In this document: positions 1 through 11,400 of the stretch, in pieces
How positions within the stretch are numbered: the first letter of the stretch is position 1
Layout: each line of letters begins with the position of its first letter
Virus record (IMG/VR): IMGVR_UViG_3300018035_000100
Span: 1 to 60,043 of that record
Direction: 5' to 3' (one strand)
Length of the DNA stretch: 60,043 nucleotides
DNA from: a virus
Lineage: Duplodnaviria; Caudoviricetes
Position numbers and translations under genes: made by a program
Notes under the pieces: generated by a model
What the model was told of the DNA's origin: nothing
The model's input: only the letters and a program-made list of their open reading frames with translations
Database searches by the model: none

Positions 1-72
1 CATTTAACATGGGGTGGGGATTCTACTATATTATTATCTTACTCAAATCCATTATTTTATACAATAGGAGAT

Positions 73-519
73 ATGACTTCTTATATTAATACTAATGTTC
101 CAGGTTTAATATCTACTTCAAATTATAGTTATGAAAATGCGTGTTTTCAACCTGTATCAATAAGTGAAGTTTCTAATTCTCAACTTTTTGCAGGTCTAAG
201 AGATTGTACGATAACTTATGAAACTATTGATATGGACAATTTAAATGGAAGATTAAATGAAGTTACTGCACGAATAGCAACAACCCAAAATAGACAAACA
301 TTTTTAAATACTGTTCGAGAGTCAGGAATTATCCAAAATATTTTGTCTGAAGAAAGTTTTGTTTCACAAAACGGAAGCACGGGAAATTTATATGATTGGA
401 TAAATAATAAATTTAATCGTAGTACAGGATCGGATGCAAAATTAGCACAAATTCAAGCTCAAATTTCTAGAATGCAAAATGATACAAAAGTAAATCAAAA
501 ACTTTTATACGATACTTAA
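73..519 (+). CDS. hypothetical protein (structural region)
   Basis: 148-aa ORF with AGGAG RBS immediately upstream; no recognisable motif. Confidence 0.6.
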   Translation: MTSYINTNVPGLISTSNYSYENACFQPVSISEVSNSQLFAGLRDCTITYETIDMDNLNGRLNEVTARIATTQNRQTFLNTVRESGIIQNILSEESFVSQNGSTGNLYDWINNKFNRSTGSDAKLAQIQAQISRMQNDTKVNQKLLYDT

Positions 520-522
520 ACT

Positions 523-699
523 ATGGATATAAATTTAGATTCTACATCAACTGAATTGCAATGGATCAAAATTGGTCCAAATAATCTTCTAGTACAGTCT
601 TTAAAAGACTTAACTAGACAATATGGGCATAATTTAGAGTTGAAAATGAAAAAATCTTTAAAAGATATTGAAAAGGCAAAAAAAATATATGGCAAATAA
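523..699 (+). CDS. small hypothetical protein (58 aa, MDINLDSTSTELQWIKIG...IYGK)
   Basis: Hand-translated ORF, absent from the track, filling the gap between two + strand genes; its stop overlaps the next start. Confidence 0.5.
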   Translation: MDINLDSTSTELQWIKIGPNNLLVQSLKDLTRQYGHNLELKMKKSLKDIEKAKKIYGK

Positions 700-2272
700 A
701 TGGGCATCTATAGGGTTTACAAATGTTTTTCCTACTGGGATTATAAATCAGCTTAATACTGGCTTACAAAAAGTTAGCGCAGCAGTTAATATTTTAAGCA
801 AAATTACTTCCTTATTACAATTATTTGTTACTTCATTTAATTCTTTTTCTGCTATACTCGAGACTTTTATTAATTATGCATCAAATAAAATAGGATCATT
901 CGCAACAAATTTTTCAACAGGTCCTGGAGTTTATTATAATGTATTAGTTCCCCCGGCTTTTTTACAAGCTTCAAAAAATAATAATTTATTTTCAAATATG
1001 GCGTATGGAGGTTTTCAGGGATTTATAAATCGACTTACAGTATCTCTTACAAATAAAGCTGATCCTAATATTCCCACTTTTTCCAATGACGCCGTAGTGG
1101 GGGGATGTTTAATAGTTCTTGATACGTCTGGTTTATATGATTTTTTTAATGGGTGGAATTTTTTATCAGGGATGTTTAATTTTTTAAATTTTGTACCAGT
1201 AAATATGACGCCTCCCCCACCTGTACATATTAAAGTATTTCCAGGTATTTATCCTGACCCGTCTGGAAAAACTTCCGGAAAATTTGGAATAAAAATAGAA
1301 TGGGATGCTCCACCTTTGGGGCTTACTACAACTAGAATTTTTAGATCTCAAATATCAGGAGGAGTTTATACCCCCAATTCTAATCCTCCTGTACAATTAA
1401 TTGGACCTCAGGGGCATCCAGAAGATGGAATTATAACATATTGGAGCCACCAAATTTCTGGAGGCAATCCCCCAGATAGATATACATATGAATATAATGA
1501 TCCTACTTTTAATAAGGGGCAACCAGTAGTAGTGGAGGGAAATGTTATTACTGGAAATGGATCATACATAGACTACGATGTGGATACAAAAACTGGAAAT
1601 AAAAAATATTATTATGTTTTACAAACAGGGGTTATAGGGGCATCATCAGCCGGAATTTGGGGTCCGCAATCTAAAGAAATAGCAGTCTTAGCCAGAGCCC
1701 AAAATTGTATTGCACAAAACGAATATGCTTTTACGACCCATCAAACATCTCAAGGACCGTTCGTGGAAACTGTGATTTCGGGAGTTCCTTCTCTTGGTCG
1801 GTGGGGTTCCATACAAATAAAAAGTGTATTACCGTTTATGGGTCCTTTAACAGATTTATTTACTAATTTTTTAACTGCTTTATCCGGATCTTTAAAAACA
1901 AATAGCAGTGCTTTTTCAGATTTTTTACAGGGGGTTGCACAAAAGTTTAAACAACAAATTGCAGTTTTAACTGCTTTATCAGGGTTAATAAACGGGGTAG
2001 ACAATTTTTTTGCAAAAACCCCTAATATTTCTTTTTTAAATATTCCTCCTACATCTGGAGGTATTTCAAATTTTATTAATCAAATTAATAATGCAAAACT
2101 TCCTGCAGGGGGATTTTCTGGCCCAAATGGTCTTACAGCAGGAATTGTTTTGATTTATGGATATGATGCCGTAAACGCTATAAGTACAACAGGACAGGAT
2201 TTACAAGCTGCTTCTCAAGGAATATCAAAATCGTTTTCTCTTATACAAACTTTTTTAGCATCTAAAAGCTAA
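689..2272 (+). CDS. putative virion/baseplate-hub protein with central FnIII/Ig-like segment
   Basis: Likely start MANKW at 689; IKIEWDAP...IFRS...YIDYDV...YYYVLQ resembles FnIII; lies upstream of lysozyme and gp25-like genes. Confidence 0.55.
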   Translation: MANKWASIGFTNVFPTGIINQLNTGLQKVSAAVNILSKITSLLQLFVTSFNSFSAILETFINYASNKIGSFATNFSTGPGVYYNVLVPPAFLQASKNNNLFSNMAYGGFQGFINRLTVSLTNKADPNIPTFSNDAVVGGCLIVLDTSGLYDFFNGWNFLSGMFNFLNFVPVNMTPPPPVHIKVFPGIYPDPSGKTSGKFGIKIEWDAPPLGLTTTRIFRSQISGGVYTPNSNPPVQLIGPQGHPEDGIITYWSHQISGGNPPDRYTYEYNDPTFNKGQPVVVEGNVITGNGSYIDYDVDTKTGNKKYYYVLQTGVIGASSAGIWGPQSKEIAVLARAQNCIAQNEYAFTTHQTSQGPFVETVISGVPSLGRWGSIQIKSVLPFMGPLTDLFTNFLTALSGSLKTNSSAFSDFLQGVAQKFKQQIAVLTALSGLINGVDNFFAKTPNISFLNIPPTSGGISNFINQINNAKLPAGGFSGPNGLTAGIVLIYGYDAVNAISTTGQDLQAASQGISKSFSLIQTFLASKS

Positions 2273-2274
2273 TT

Positions 2275-4209
2275 ATGAGTAATATATATAAAACATCCTA
2301 TAAAGAATTTCTTGATAAAATAACTTTTGTTCAATCAATAAAGTTGCGTCGATTACGGGCTGAAGTAGCTTTTTATAAATCAAAAATATTGTCTGCACAA
2401 AACCATTTGGAATCTCTTAAACTTGTAGAAGCTCAAATATTACAAAAGCTAAATCCAACTCAAGACACAATTTATTTACAAACATATTATACAGCAGACG
2501 CAAACCAGCAAACCAACCCTAAACAGTCTATTGCCCCTCTTATACCTTATGATATGTATGGCTTTCATCCGTCTATTTCGTTGTATGAAAAAAAAGTAAT
2601 GGTTGGAACGGAGAAGATTATTTCGGAACAATATCGTATAGGAAATGAAATACAACATTTAAATAGAAATATAATGCAATGGACAAATGAATTATCAAAT
2701 AAAACAACGGAATTAATTTCCCTTCAAGTAACAAACTCTAATAGTGAACAAACTGTATTAAGTTTGGATAATATTTCTGCAATTTGTTATCAAGAAATTT
2801 ATGCCCTAAATGAAATTAGTATACATTATAAAAACATTACTAGGGACGCAAATGGAAATATTGCTTTCCAAACTGATCCTAAATCTTTACGGGATTATAA
2901 TAATTTACGTATAAAATTTAAAAATTTAGCCTCTAAAAATCAATTTGTAATTAATGGGCAATTGCCTTTAGAATATGATGACCCGGGATCAGAATTGACT
3001 CGTTTATCCCTTATAACTTTTTTATCAATAGCAACTCAAGTTTTATCCCAGAGTACTCAAGATTGGAAAGACCCTATACAGAAGTATCAAAAACAATTAT
3101 CAGCTTTAATAAATGATCCTAGTTTTAATGTAAATATAGAGTCAGATTTTTACACTATTGGTGCTGACGAACAAATATCTTCTCAATTAGCGTCTCAACC
3201 AGCAGCCACTAATTTTGTAAACACTACTGTTGGAAATGCCGGATCAAACGAACTTATATCGGGAACCAATATAAGTAATGTTATAAATAATATTAATTCA
3301 AACCCACAAGATCAAAATAAAGTGGGGGTCCCGGTGCGACAAACAACATTACTTACTTTTTCCAATACAAGTTTAGTTGCTAGTATTCAAAGTTTTATGT
3401 CTAATAAAATTTCTCAACTTAATAGTTCTCTTATTAACGGGGTAACAGGAACCACCCCAATTTGCTCAGCCCCTACTAAATCGGTCCCAGAACAAACTAT
3501 AAGTTTATCGAATTCAGATATTGTTACAGCTGAGGCAAATGCATCTGCTTTATTTTCTTCGCAAATTGCATCTGCAGAAGCTCAATACACAGATGTTATG
3601 TCTTCCGTTAGCTCACAAATACAACAAGAAGAAACATCTCCCGCACCTGTAATTGCTACTGTAATTTCAAACCCATCAACAGATAATCTCGATCCATCAA
3701 CTTATAGAATTTTACAAAATTATTTAAATATTGCTGAGGGAAATGTATTAACCGCATACCTTGATACTAATGGGGTCCTAGCAATCGGAAGGGGGCATCA
3801 AGTAGATGGGGGGTCTTTGCCCAATGTGGATATAAACGGGGCTCCAATTACAATGCAAGGGCAAATGATCTCTCAAGCTCAAAGTGATGCATTTTTTGCT
3901 CAAGACATACAAATAGCTATAGATGGGGCTCGCTCTGTTCTTTCAACTATCGGTCTTATATATGATAGTCAACAACCTAATGTTCAAGTTGTTTTAGCTG
4001 AATTAGCCTATGAAATGGGAGAAGGAGGATTAGCAACATTTAGCAGAGGAATTATCCCCTTACTGTGTGATAATCAATTTTCTACTGCAGCAGATTCTTT
4101 CTCAGAACAGTTTAATAAAGGATTAATTAATATGCCTGCTGCTCGAGCAGATAGTACTATTCAGCTTATAAATATGTCGGGTATATGGACTCAAATCTCA
4201 ACACCTTAA
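2275..4209 (+). CDS. tail/baseplate protein with C-terminal GH24 (T4-type) lysozyme domain
   Basis: AEGNVLTAYLDTNGVLAIGRGH and VLAELAYEMGEGGLATF match phage lysozyme motifs; coiled-coil N-terminus. Confidence 0.75.
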   Translation: MSNIYKTSYKEFLDKITFVQSIKLRRLRAEVAFYKSKILSAQNHLESLKLVEAQILQKLNPTQDTIYLQTYYTADANQQTNPKQSIAPLIPYDMYGFHPSISLYEKKVMVGTEKIISEQYRIGNEIQHLNRNIMQWTNELSNKTTELISLQVTNSNSEQTVLSLDNISAICYQEIYALNEISIHYKNITRDANGNIAFQTDPKSLRDYNNLRIKFKNLASKNQFVINGQLPLEYDDPGSELTRLSLITFLSIATQVLSQSTQDWKDPIQKYQKQLSALINDPSFNVNIESDFYTIGADEQISSQLASQPAATNFVNTTVGNAGSNELISGTNISNVINNINSNPQDQNKVGVPVRQTTLLTFSNTSLVASIQSFMSNKISQLNSSLINGVTGTTPICSAPTKSVPEQTISLSNSDIVTAEANASALFSSQIASAEAQYTDVMSSVSSQIQQEETSPAPVIATVISNPSTDNLDPSTYRILQNYLNIAEGNVLTAYLDTNGVLAIGRGHQVDGGSLPNVDINGAPITMQGQMISQAQSDAFFAQDIQIAIDGARSVLSTIGLIYDSQQPNVQVVLAELAYEMGEGGLATFSRGIIPLLCDNQFSTAADSFSEQFNKGLINMPAARADSTIQLINMSGIWTQISTP

Positions 4210-4211
4210 AA

Positions 4212-4225
4212 ATATTCTTCTAATA
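4212..4225 (+). promoter_or_regulatory. putative phage late-promoter motif (ATATTCTTCTAATA)
   Basis: Copy of the ATAATCYYYTAATA motif, 13 nt before the gp25-like ATG. Confidence 0.55.
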
Positions 4226-4238
4226 ATAATGATCTAAT

Positions 4239-4964
4239 ATGTCTTATGATCTTAATCTTACAACTTTATGTGATCATCTCGTTTTTAAAGAACTTACATT
4301 TTTAGAAACAGATGCTCAAACTATATATTTATCTAGACCTGTGGCTTCTTCCACGGCGTTAACTGTTTGGATAACAGGTAATGTTTTGCCTTTTAGTTTT
4401 TATAATCTTATAACAAATCCGGATACAACAAATCCTAGTCAAGTTCGATACATAAAATTAAATCAACCTTGGCCTTCACCAACAGATTATTTTGAAATTA
4501 ATTATATTACCAGATCTCCATTTTGTACTAAATGCCAAGGATTTAATTATTTAGATGATATATCTTATGATATAAATGGGGATATAGTAGAAATTTCAAA
4601 TGAGCCGTTATTAATGCAAAATATAGAGAAGTTTGTAATTACAGAAATAGGAAGCAATCCATTTTTTACATTTATAGGGTCAGGTCTTGGGGCTTTAATT
4701 GGAACAAGAGTTACCAACCCCCAATTTTTAATTTCTCAAATTACAAGTCAAATTACAAACAGTCTTAATCAGTTAAAATCTTTACAACAACAATATGCTT
4801 TAACTGGAAGACCAATGACTCCTGGTGAACTTTTAGCTACAATAAATAATATTTCAGTACAACAAGATAATAATGATCCAACTATTTTTAGAGCAGATAT
4901 ATCGGTAACAGCACAATCAGGAAATACTGTACAAACCACACAAGTTATTAAAGCAATAGGTTAA
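4239..4964 (+). CDS. baseplate wedge gp25/GPW-like protein with N-terminal extension
   Basis: QNIEKFVITEIGSNPFFTFIGSGL resembles the gp25 signature; CTKC motif; adjacent to baseplate J. Confidence 0.75.
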   Translation: MSYDLNLTTLCDHLVFKELTFLETDAQTIYLSRPVASSTALTVWITGNVLPFSFYNLITNPDTTNPSQVRYIKLNQPWPSPTDYFEINYITRSPFCTKCQGFNYLDDISYDINGDIVEISNEPLLMQNIEKFVITEIGSNPFFTFIGSGLGALIGTRVTNPQFLISQITSQITNSLNQLKSLQQQYALTGRPMTPGELLATINNISVQQDNNDPTIFRADISVTAQSGNTVQTTQVIKAIG

Positions 4965-4967
4965 ATA

Positions 4968-7900
4968 ATGTCAGATTCAACTGTAACTCTTATTAGTCCT
5001 TTAAACGATTCTACTGGACAACTTTTAGAGACTAATTTTTCGTGGTCGTTATATCCCACAGATTCAAGTGCAACTTATGAACTTCAAGTTGCTACTGATA
5101 GTTCATTTTCTAATATAATTTTTGATTTAACAGAAATACCTTTTACATCGAGAATAGTTAGTAATTTAGATTCTGGGATCGAATATTATTGGCAAGTTAT
5201 AGCTTTTTCAGACTCTAGTTATTTTGATTCTTCTACTTGGTCTTTTACAACAGCTTCAATTGCTGCTCCTAATATTATTCTTCTTTCTGGAGGAACGGAT
5301 TATAGCACGGATGATGCTATACAGACTATTTCTGGAATGGCCCCCTCTAATACAGTTCAAATTCAAGTTAATGGCTCTCTTTTTGGAGTATCTTATACTG
5401 CTGGTGAAAATATATGGTCTTGGACTGGGACTCTTTCTTTGGGAGTAAATGAAATACAAGTTACTGCAATCATTCAAGTCGGATCTACGTATGTCACATC
5501 AGCCCCAGCTTTTATTAATATTACTTTAGTTCAACAACAAGAATCATTTTTAACGGTGTCGGCTCCTACAGGTGTTAGTCTCAGGTCATATCAAAATATG
5601 GTACAGATTATAACATCTGAAAGCATTAACCAAAATATAGTAGGTTATAATTTTTATGTAAGTTATCAAAGTGGTGGAGTTAATGGATCTTACGTTAAAA
5701 TAAATAGTTCTGCTATAACTGAAATGTCTTTTTATCAAGATTCTACGTCACTTATTAATTCCTCAACTGAAACCGTTGGTGAAATAAGTGTGACTACTCT
5801 TACTCAACAAATTACTAGAAATTATTATTATTCAACGAATTTTGATAGTACTGCATATAATACAATGGTTCAAAATAATCAACTTCCTAATGTAGGATTC
5901 AATCAAGGGACAGATTTTTATTTTGTTGTAACTGAAACTATTTATGATCCTACACAAGGAAAAGTTACAGAAAGTCCTTATTCTATAGAATTAGAAGGTT
6001 CGCCATTAACTATTTTAAGTGGATTGACTGATCTTCCTGCAAGAACTAGACAAGACATAAGTTTAACTTTTAATACTGAACTTATGAGTGCTGATACTGG
6101 AATAGATTCGATGTCTGGAACTGTTTTTAGAGATATTACAGATCCAATAGCAGAAGAAAATGCTCGTTTGTATGTAATACAAGATTTTTTATCAATAGCA
6201 AATTCAGTAAGTACTTTACAGGATTTTGATGATCCAACTGGATCGGGAGTGAGTATTCCCCCATCAAACTCCCCTGCAAAAACTGCTTTGCAAATAGCCC
6301 TTAATTTGACAACAGCCGATGCCGTTCAAGCCCTTATAGATAATCAATTTGATAAACTTGCTTCAAATTGTAATACTTATCGTTTACCAGCAACATCTGC
6401 AGTTGGATCGGTAGTGTTTTATACCGTCACTGCTCCTATCAGGGATATGCAAGTATCGGCTGGAGCAATAGTTTCAACTCTCGGAGATGTAAACAATAAT
6501 ATTCAAGCCCAATCATATAGTGTACTAGAAACAAAGGTTTTATCAGCAGCAAACAAAGCCCAATATTTTAATAGTTCTACACAACAATATGAATTAGAAT
6601 GTGCTGTGCAAGCTATAACTCCTGGGTCGGCTGGAAATACCGATGCGGATACGATTAGGGCTATTGGAACAGGAGTAGATTCCGGATTCTCTGTTGAAAA
6701 TCCTAATCCAATATCTTTTGGAACAGATTTAGAAAGTAACTATGAATTAGCGGGTCGTATGCAATTAGCTTTTTTTGCGGATACTGGAACCAAAGGTGGA
6801 TACGCTAAAACAACAATTGCAGTTCCCTATGTACAAAATGTGGTTGTGCAAGGAGCGGGTGATCCCCTTATGATAAGAGATTATGATCCAACCACTGAAG
6901 AACATATAGGAGGTAAAGTCGATATTTATGTTCAGGGATCTATCGTTCAACAAGAAGTTGATAATATTTCATTTGCTTTTAGTTCAAGTGAAAATATGGG
7001 TCAACAAATAGGGGAACGTTTTGATATCGTGAATGCTGTAGCTTTCCAAATAGAATCTTTAAATCCATTAGTTACAGCTCATACTCCTATTTTTGATGTT
7101 TTAAATGTATATAATGCTACTCGAGGGGCATCATACAATCTCGGTGGGTTAACAATTATTGGAGACGGAAATATTATTGCTTTAAATGTTGCACTAAATT
7201 CCAGTATAGGAATGGCTACTACAGATATTATTTATGTTGATTATTTATATCGAAGTTCGGATACTATTATTTTGCAAAATCAACCTGTTATCGATATTGT
7301 GTCTATAGTCGGTCAATTATCTGGTGTTTTAACTTCCGATAACTGGGAACTTGTTAAGTTACAAGACCCGTTAGATACGGGAAATTCTACTATTTCACAA
7401 GATGGGGTTCTTATACAATATGCAAATGGAATTCCTGGAGACGCAACTCAAGCTATTTCTCAAGAACAACACGTTCTTATATACGGAGTTACGGAACCTT
7501 TAGATCTTTTGGGAATTATTCCGTCTACCATAGTAGTAACTAGTACCACTTTTCCTACTGTAACTTACACTGAAAATTTAGATTATAATATTTTTCCTGG
7601 TAGTAATACAACAGCAATAAATATAGAGCCTATTACATCTGGAGCTATTAAAAATGGAGAAACTGTTTATGTTAATTATTCAGCTTTTGAAAATTTTGCA
7701 ATAACATATACAACTAATGCTCTACTTGAAAATGTTCAAACTAAAATCAATTTAATGAAACATGCTTGTGCTGATGTTATAGTTAAACAAGCTGTTAATA
7801 ATAATGTAAATATTACTATGACAGTTGTTCCATTACCTATGGTTATAACGACTCCAAACTCGTCCCTTGCTTTAACTTCTCAAATTACATCAACACTTGC

Positions 7901-8438
7901 AAATTTTATAAGTAATCTTGGAGTGGGGGTTTCTTTAACACAAAGCGATGTAGTAAAAACTGTTAATTCTGTTACTGGGGTTGATTATGTTGTGTTGCCC
8001 TTTTCAACTATGATTAAAGCTGACGGGTCGTTTATTACACGAGATAATATAGGATCCCCAACATTTGAAATATATATAAGTGGAAATTCAATCGCATATA
8101 TTACAACTGAACCCGTACTATCATACTCAACGATAGATCAAGGTGGTCCATCAACTTTATTTAAAGCTATTTTTGAGAATAATGTGCCATTAATTTTACA
8201 GACAGATCCATTAGCTGTTTCAAAGGGTCCTGGTCTTGGTTATATTCTCAGTACAGGGCAAATTATAATTAGTACTATAGATGGGTCATTACCAGATATT
8301 AATTCTTATCAAGTTGCATATTGGGTGTACGGAGAAACTGGATCAAATGATATTCAAGTTAACGAACTAGAATATTTGTCTTTAGGTGTATGCAATATTT
8401 CTTATGGTCCAGTCAGAACAATTAAACAAACTTTATAA
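4968..8438 (+). CDS. baseplate J/gp6-like wedge protein with N-terminal FnIII/Ig domains
   Basis: RLPATSAVGSVVF, VQAITPGSAGN, NPNPISFGTDLESNYELAGR and GKVDIYV are baseplate-J-type motifs. Confidence 0.85.
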   Translation: MSDSTVTLISPLNDSTGQLLETNFSWSLYPTDSSATYELQVATDSSFSNIIFDLTEIPFTSRIVSNLDSGIEYYWQVIAFSDSSYFDSSTWSFTTASIAAPNIILLSGGTDYSTDDAIQTISGMAPSNTVQIQVNGSLFGVSYTAGENIWSWTGTLSLGVNEIQVTAIIQVGSTYVTSAPAFINITLVQQQESFLTVSAPTGVSLRSYQNMVQIITSESINQNIVGYNFYVSYQSGGVNGSYVKINSSAITEMSFYQDSTSLINSSTETVGEISVTTLTQQITRNYYYSTNFDSTAYNTMVQNNQLPNVGFNQGTDFYFVVTETIYDPTQGKVTESPYSIELEGSPLTILSGLTDLPARTRQDISLTFNTELMSADTGIDSMSGTVFRDITDPIAEENARLYVIQDFLSIANSVSTLQDFDDPTGSGVSIPPSNSPAKTALQIALNLTTADAVQALIDNQFDKLASNCNTYRLPATSAVGSVVFYTVTAPIRDMQVSAGAIVSTLGDVNNNIQAQSYSVLETKVLSAANKAQYFNSSTQQYELECAVQAITPGSAGNTDADTIRAIGTGVDSGFSVENPNPISFGTDLESNYELAGRMQLAFFADTGTKGGYAKTTIAVPYVQNVVVQGAGDPLMIRDYDPTTEEHIGGKVDIYVQGSIVQQEVDNISFAFSSSENMGQQIGERFDIVNAVAFQIESLNPLVTAHTPIFDVLNVYNATRGASYNLGGLTIIGDGNIIALNVALNSSIGMATTDIIYVDYLYRSSDTIILQNQPVIDIVSIVGQLSGVLTSDNWELVKLQDPLDTGNSTISQDGVLIQYANGIPGDATQAISQEQHVLIYGVTEPLDLLGIIPSTIVVTSTTFPTVTYTENLDYNIFPGSNTTAINIEPITSGAIKNGETVYVNYSAFENFAITYTTNALLENVQTKINLMKHACADVIVKQAVNNNVNITMTVVPLPMVITTPNSSLALTSQITSTLANFISNLGVGVSLTQSDVVKTVNSVTGVDYVVLPFSTMIKADGSFITRDNIGSPTFEIYISGNSIAYITTEPVLSYSTIDQGGPSTLFKAIFENNVPLILQTDPLAVSKGPGLGYILSTGQIIISTIDGSLPDINSYQVAYWVYGETGSNDIQVNELEYLSLGVCNISYGPVRTIKQTL

Positions 8439-8459
8439 TTTTTTTAAGGCGGTTTAATT

Positions 8460-11400
8460 ATGAATTTAGGTAATAAAGTTACTGTGACAAATTCAGATGA
8501 AAATTATAATTATGATTCGGTCATATTTGCTTCTCGAAAGCCTATGATTGATTCAGATTTTAATTCTGCTCAAGAGATACAAAATATTATCTCTCAGCGA
8601 GAGATATCTGATTTACCTTCAGGTTGGATAACCTCATATCCGTTTTATTTTGATTCTGATAGCACTAATGGATTTTATACTCAAAATCCTGATGGAGCTA
8701 AACCAGAAATTGCTTTAGTTAATGGAAGAACTCTTTATATAACTGGAACTAATACCACTATAGCAAACACTAATTTTATTGATCTCGGGTCCCCTCCAAC
8801 TAGCGGAAATGCTATAAATGGAATTATTCTTGAAATGTGGCGTTCTGTTATAAGTTATGATTCTTCAGCAAATCGACCCGCCCCTGAAATTGTTTTAGAT
8901 AATTTAAATAGTATTAATTTTTTAAGTGATCAAAGTACAGGGTGGTCATGTGGAAATAACGGAATTATTATACAAACTTTTGATGCTGGACAAAATTGGA
9001 CTACCCAAACTATTAATACTAGTGTGAATCTTAATAGTATAATGTTTGCAAATTCAAATACTGGGTATGTGGTAGGCGATACCGGATTTATTTCTAAAAC
9101 CGATACAGGTGGGGCGACATGGTATGATAATTTGTCAAACATTGATGCTAATTTATCCTCGGTATTTGTTTACGATGTAACGGGTAATCCATCGTCTATT
9201 TCCGTGTGGGCTGTTGGAGAATATGGAACTATTTTAAAAGCGCAACCTGACGGGGTTACTTTTATACCTGTAAATAGTAATGTTACGTTTACTCTTAATA
9301 AAGTATATTTTACAAGTCCTTTAATTGGATGGGCTGTTGGGGATTCCGGTACAATTTTAAAATCTGTAACAGGAGGAAATACTTGGACTCAATCTATAAG
9401 TGGAGTCACGGTAGATTTAAATTCAATATATTTTTATGATGAAAATTATGGTTTTGCAGTAGGGGATTCTGGTACAATTTTACGTTCTTCTGATGGCGGA
9501 GCAACTTGGATTAATCAATCCTCGAATATAATTGGGGGACCTGTTACGCAAGATCTGTTAGATATTGCAATGTTTCCTCAAATATATGTGTCTATAACAA
9601 ATGAAGAAATTACATCTCAGTTATTAAATAATAATACTACGTTTTTTACGCAACAAAAACCTATTGTAGATATTTATGGAAATACTGTTGAATTTCCATC
9701 TTCTGATGCATCAAGTTGGATTTCCGTTGTATCAGATGGAACAAATAGAACAATTTTAAATGTTGATGGACTTACTGGATTAGTGACTATTGCTGCTGCT
9801 GATACTACTTATACATCAACTTTTGTAAATTATAATTATGCCCCCACAAACGCAGTATATGCGGGGCAAGCTTGGGCTGTAGGCACAGAGGGTACGATTT
9901 TATATACATCAAATATTGGGGCTGATTGGACCCAGCAAACAAATTCATTTACAGATATAAATCTAAACGCTGTAGATTTTTTATCGCAAACCAACGGTTT
10001 TATATGTGGATCGGATGCAACTATTATTCAAACTTTAGATGGGTCTAATTGGAGCTTTGTACCTAATAATATACAACCAAATGAAATACAGAGACTATAT
10101 TTTGAAGGCAATATACAATCAAATGTTTTTCTTAATGATAATATAATTAACAGTCAACTAAACATTGGTGCTTCTCAGAGGGTTCAAGTTCAGTATCAAA
10201 TAAGAGTCTTACCTTTTGCAAACCCTGATTATGCCGAAGCGGGATTGAATTCTGATATTCTAGGGCTAGGACCGAATAGTGTTGGATATTACGGGTACGA
10301 AAATATGGGCCCCATAAATGGAGATTCTGGGTGTTGGCAAGCTGTTTGTCCAAATACTGTAGACGGGTATGTTTATGCGATACCTATAGCATTTGTAGGT
10401 CGTAGAAACACTTCTCCTTGGTCTAGTCAAAATTTAAATGGTGGACATCAACCAAATACAGAATATGTACGATTAGATCTATTAGAAGCTACAGAAATTG
10501 TAGAGTCTGATGTTCTTGATGTTAGACATCAAGTTATAATACCTTCTATAGAAGAATATTTTAATGTTTCTGTCGATCAATTATTATCTAATAACTTACA
10601 AACAGTTCTTGGAACGACAACGGGTCCTCAATATGGAATTGAACTGTTACAAGTAGATAGAGTAGATGGCGCATCAACAGATGGAGGAACTTTACTTTCT
10701 ACATCTCTTTCTAATTTATATTTATCTCCAATTCCCGGATCGGGAGATAGTACTGTCGGTCTTTTTTCAGGGTCCTCTATTATAACGGAACCTACAGATC
10801 AAACGGGTACAGCAACTTTAACTTTAAACGGATCCGGTAATGGATATTTCACTTTTGATCCTGCCCATTATTTTGTGTATGATATAGATTCCTCTGCTTT
10901 TATGCAAGGTAGTTTTACGGGATTCGGAACTCCAACCGTAACATTTCAATTTAGTGGAAATATTCCTGATTCCTCACATGTATTCTCGGCATCTGGGGAC
11001 TTTATTAGTTACGGTCTTAATACGTTAACATATACCCCATCAGAAGCACAATTAGTTAAAGTTTATGGTTCAAGTGCATCTATTTTTTATAAAGGAATTT
11101 TAGATACTGACACAAATAATATTATAGAATCTTGGGATTCTGGGGTTTATGGATACACAAATTATGCAACCATTTATCAAACCGAACAATTATCTTCCAT
11201 TCAAGCTTCTAGAGGATCTAATGTTCAGATAACATTTTATGTTCAAGCATCATCTTCTAATTTAATAAATGGGGTTTTAACAATACCTAATACATTACAG
11301 CCAAATCCTACTGATAGTGCCGTGTACACAATTTATACTCCAACTATAGTATATAATGTATTGTCTGAATTTAACCATCAAATAAGTTCTATTATTAAGA

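Noticed and set aside
8226-8241. GGTC CT GGTC TT GGTT as a member of the 6-bp arrays
   Set aside because: Explained by the Gly-x-Gly-x-Gly peptide using ordinary GGT codons.
8900-10080. Photosystem II assembly factor YCF48 as an auxiliary metabolic gene
   Set aside because: The blades are a generic BNR propeller inserted in a structural protein, with no photosynthesis context.
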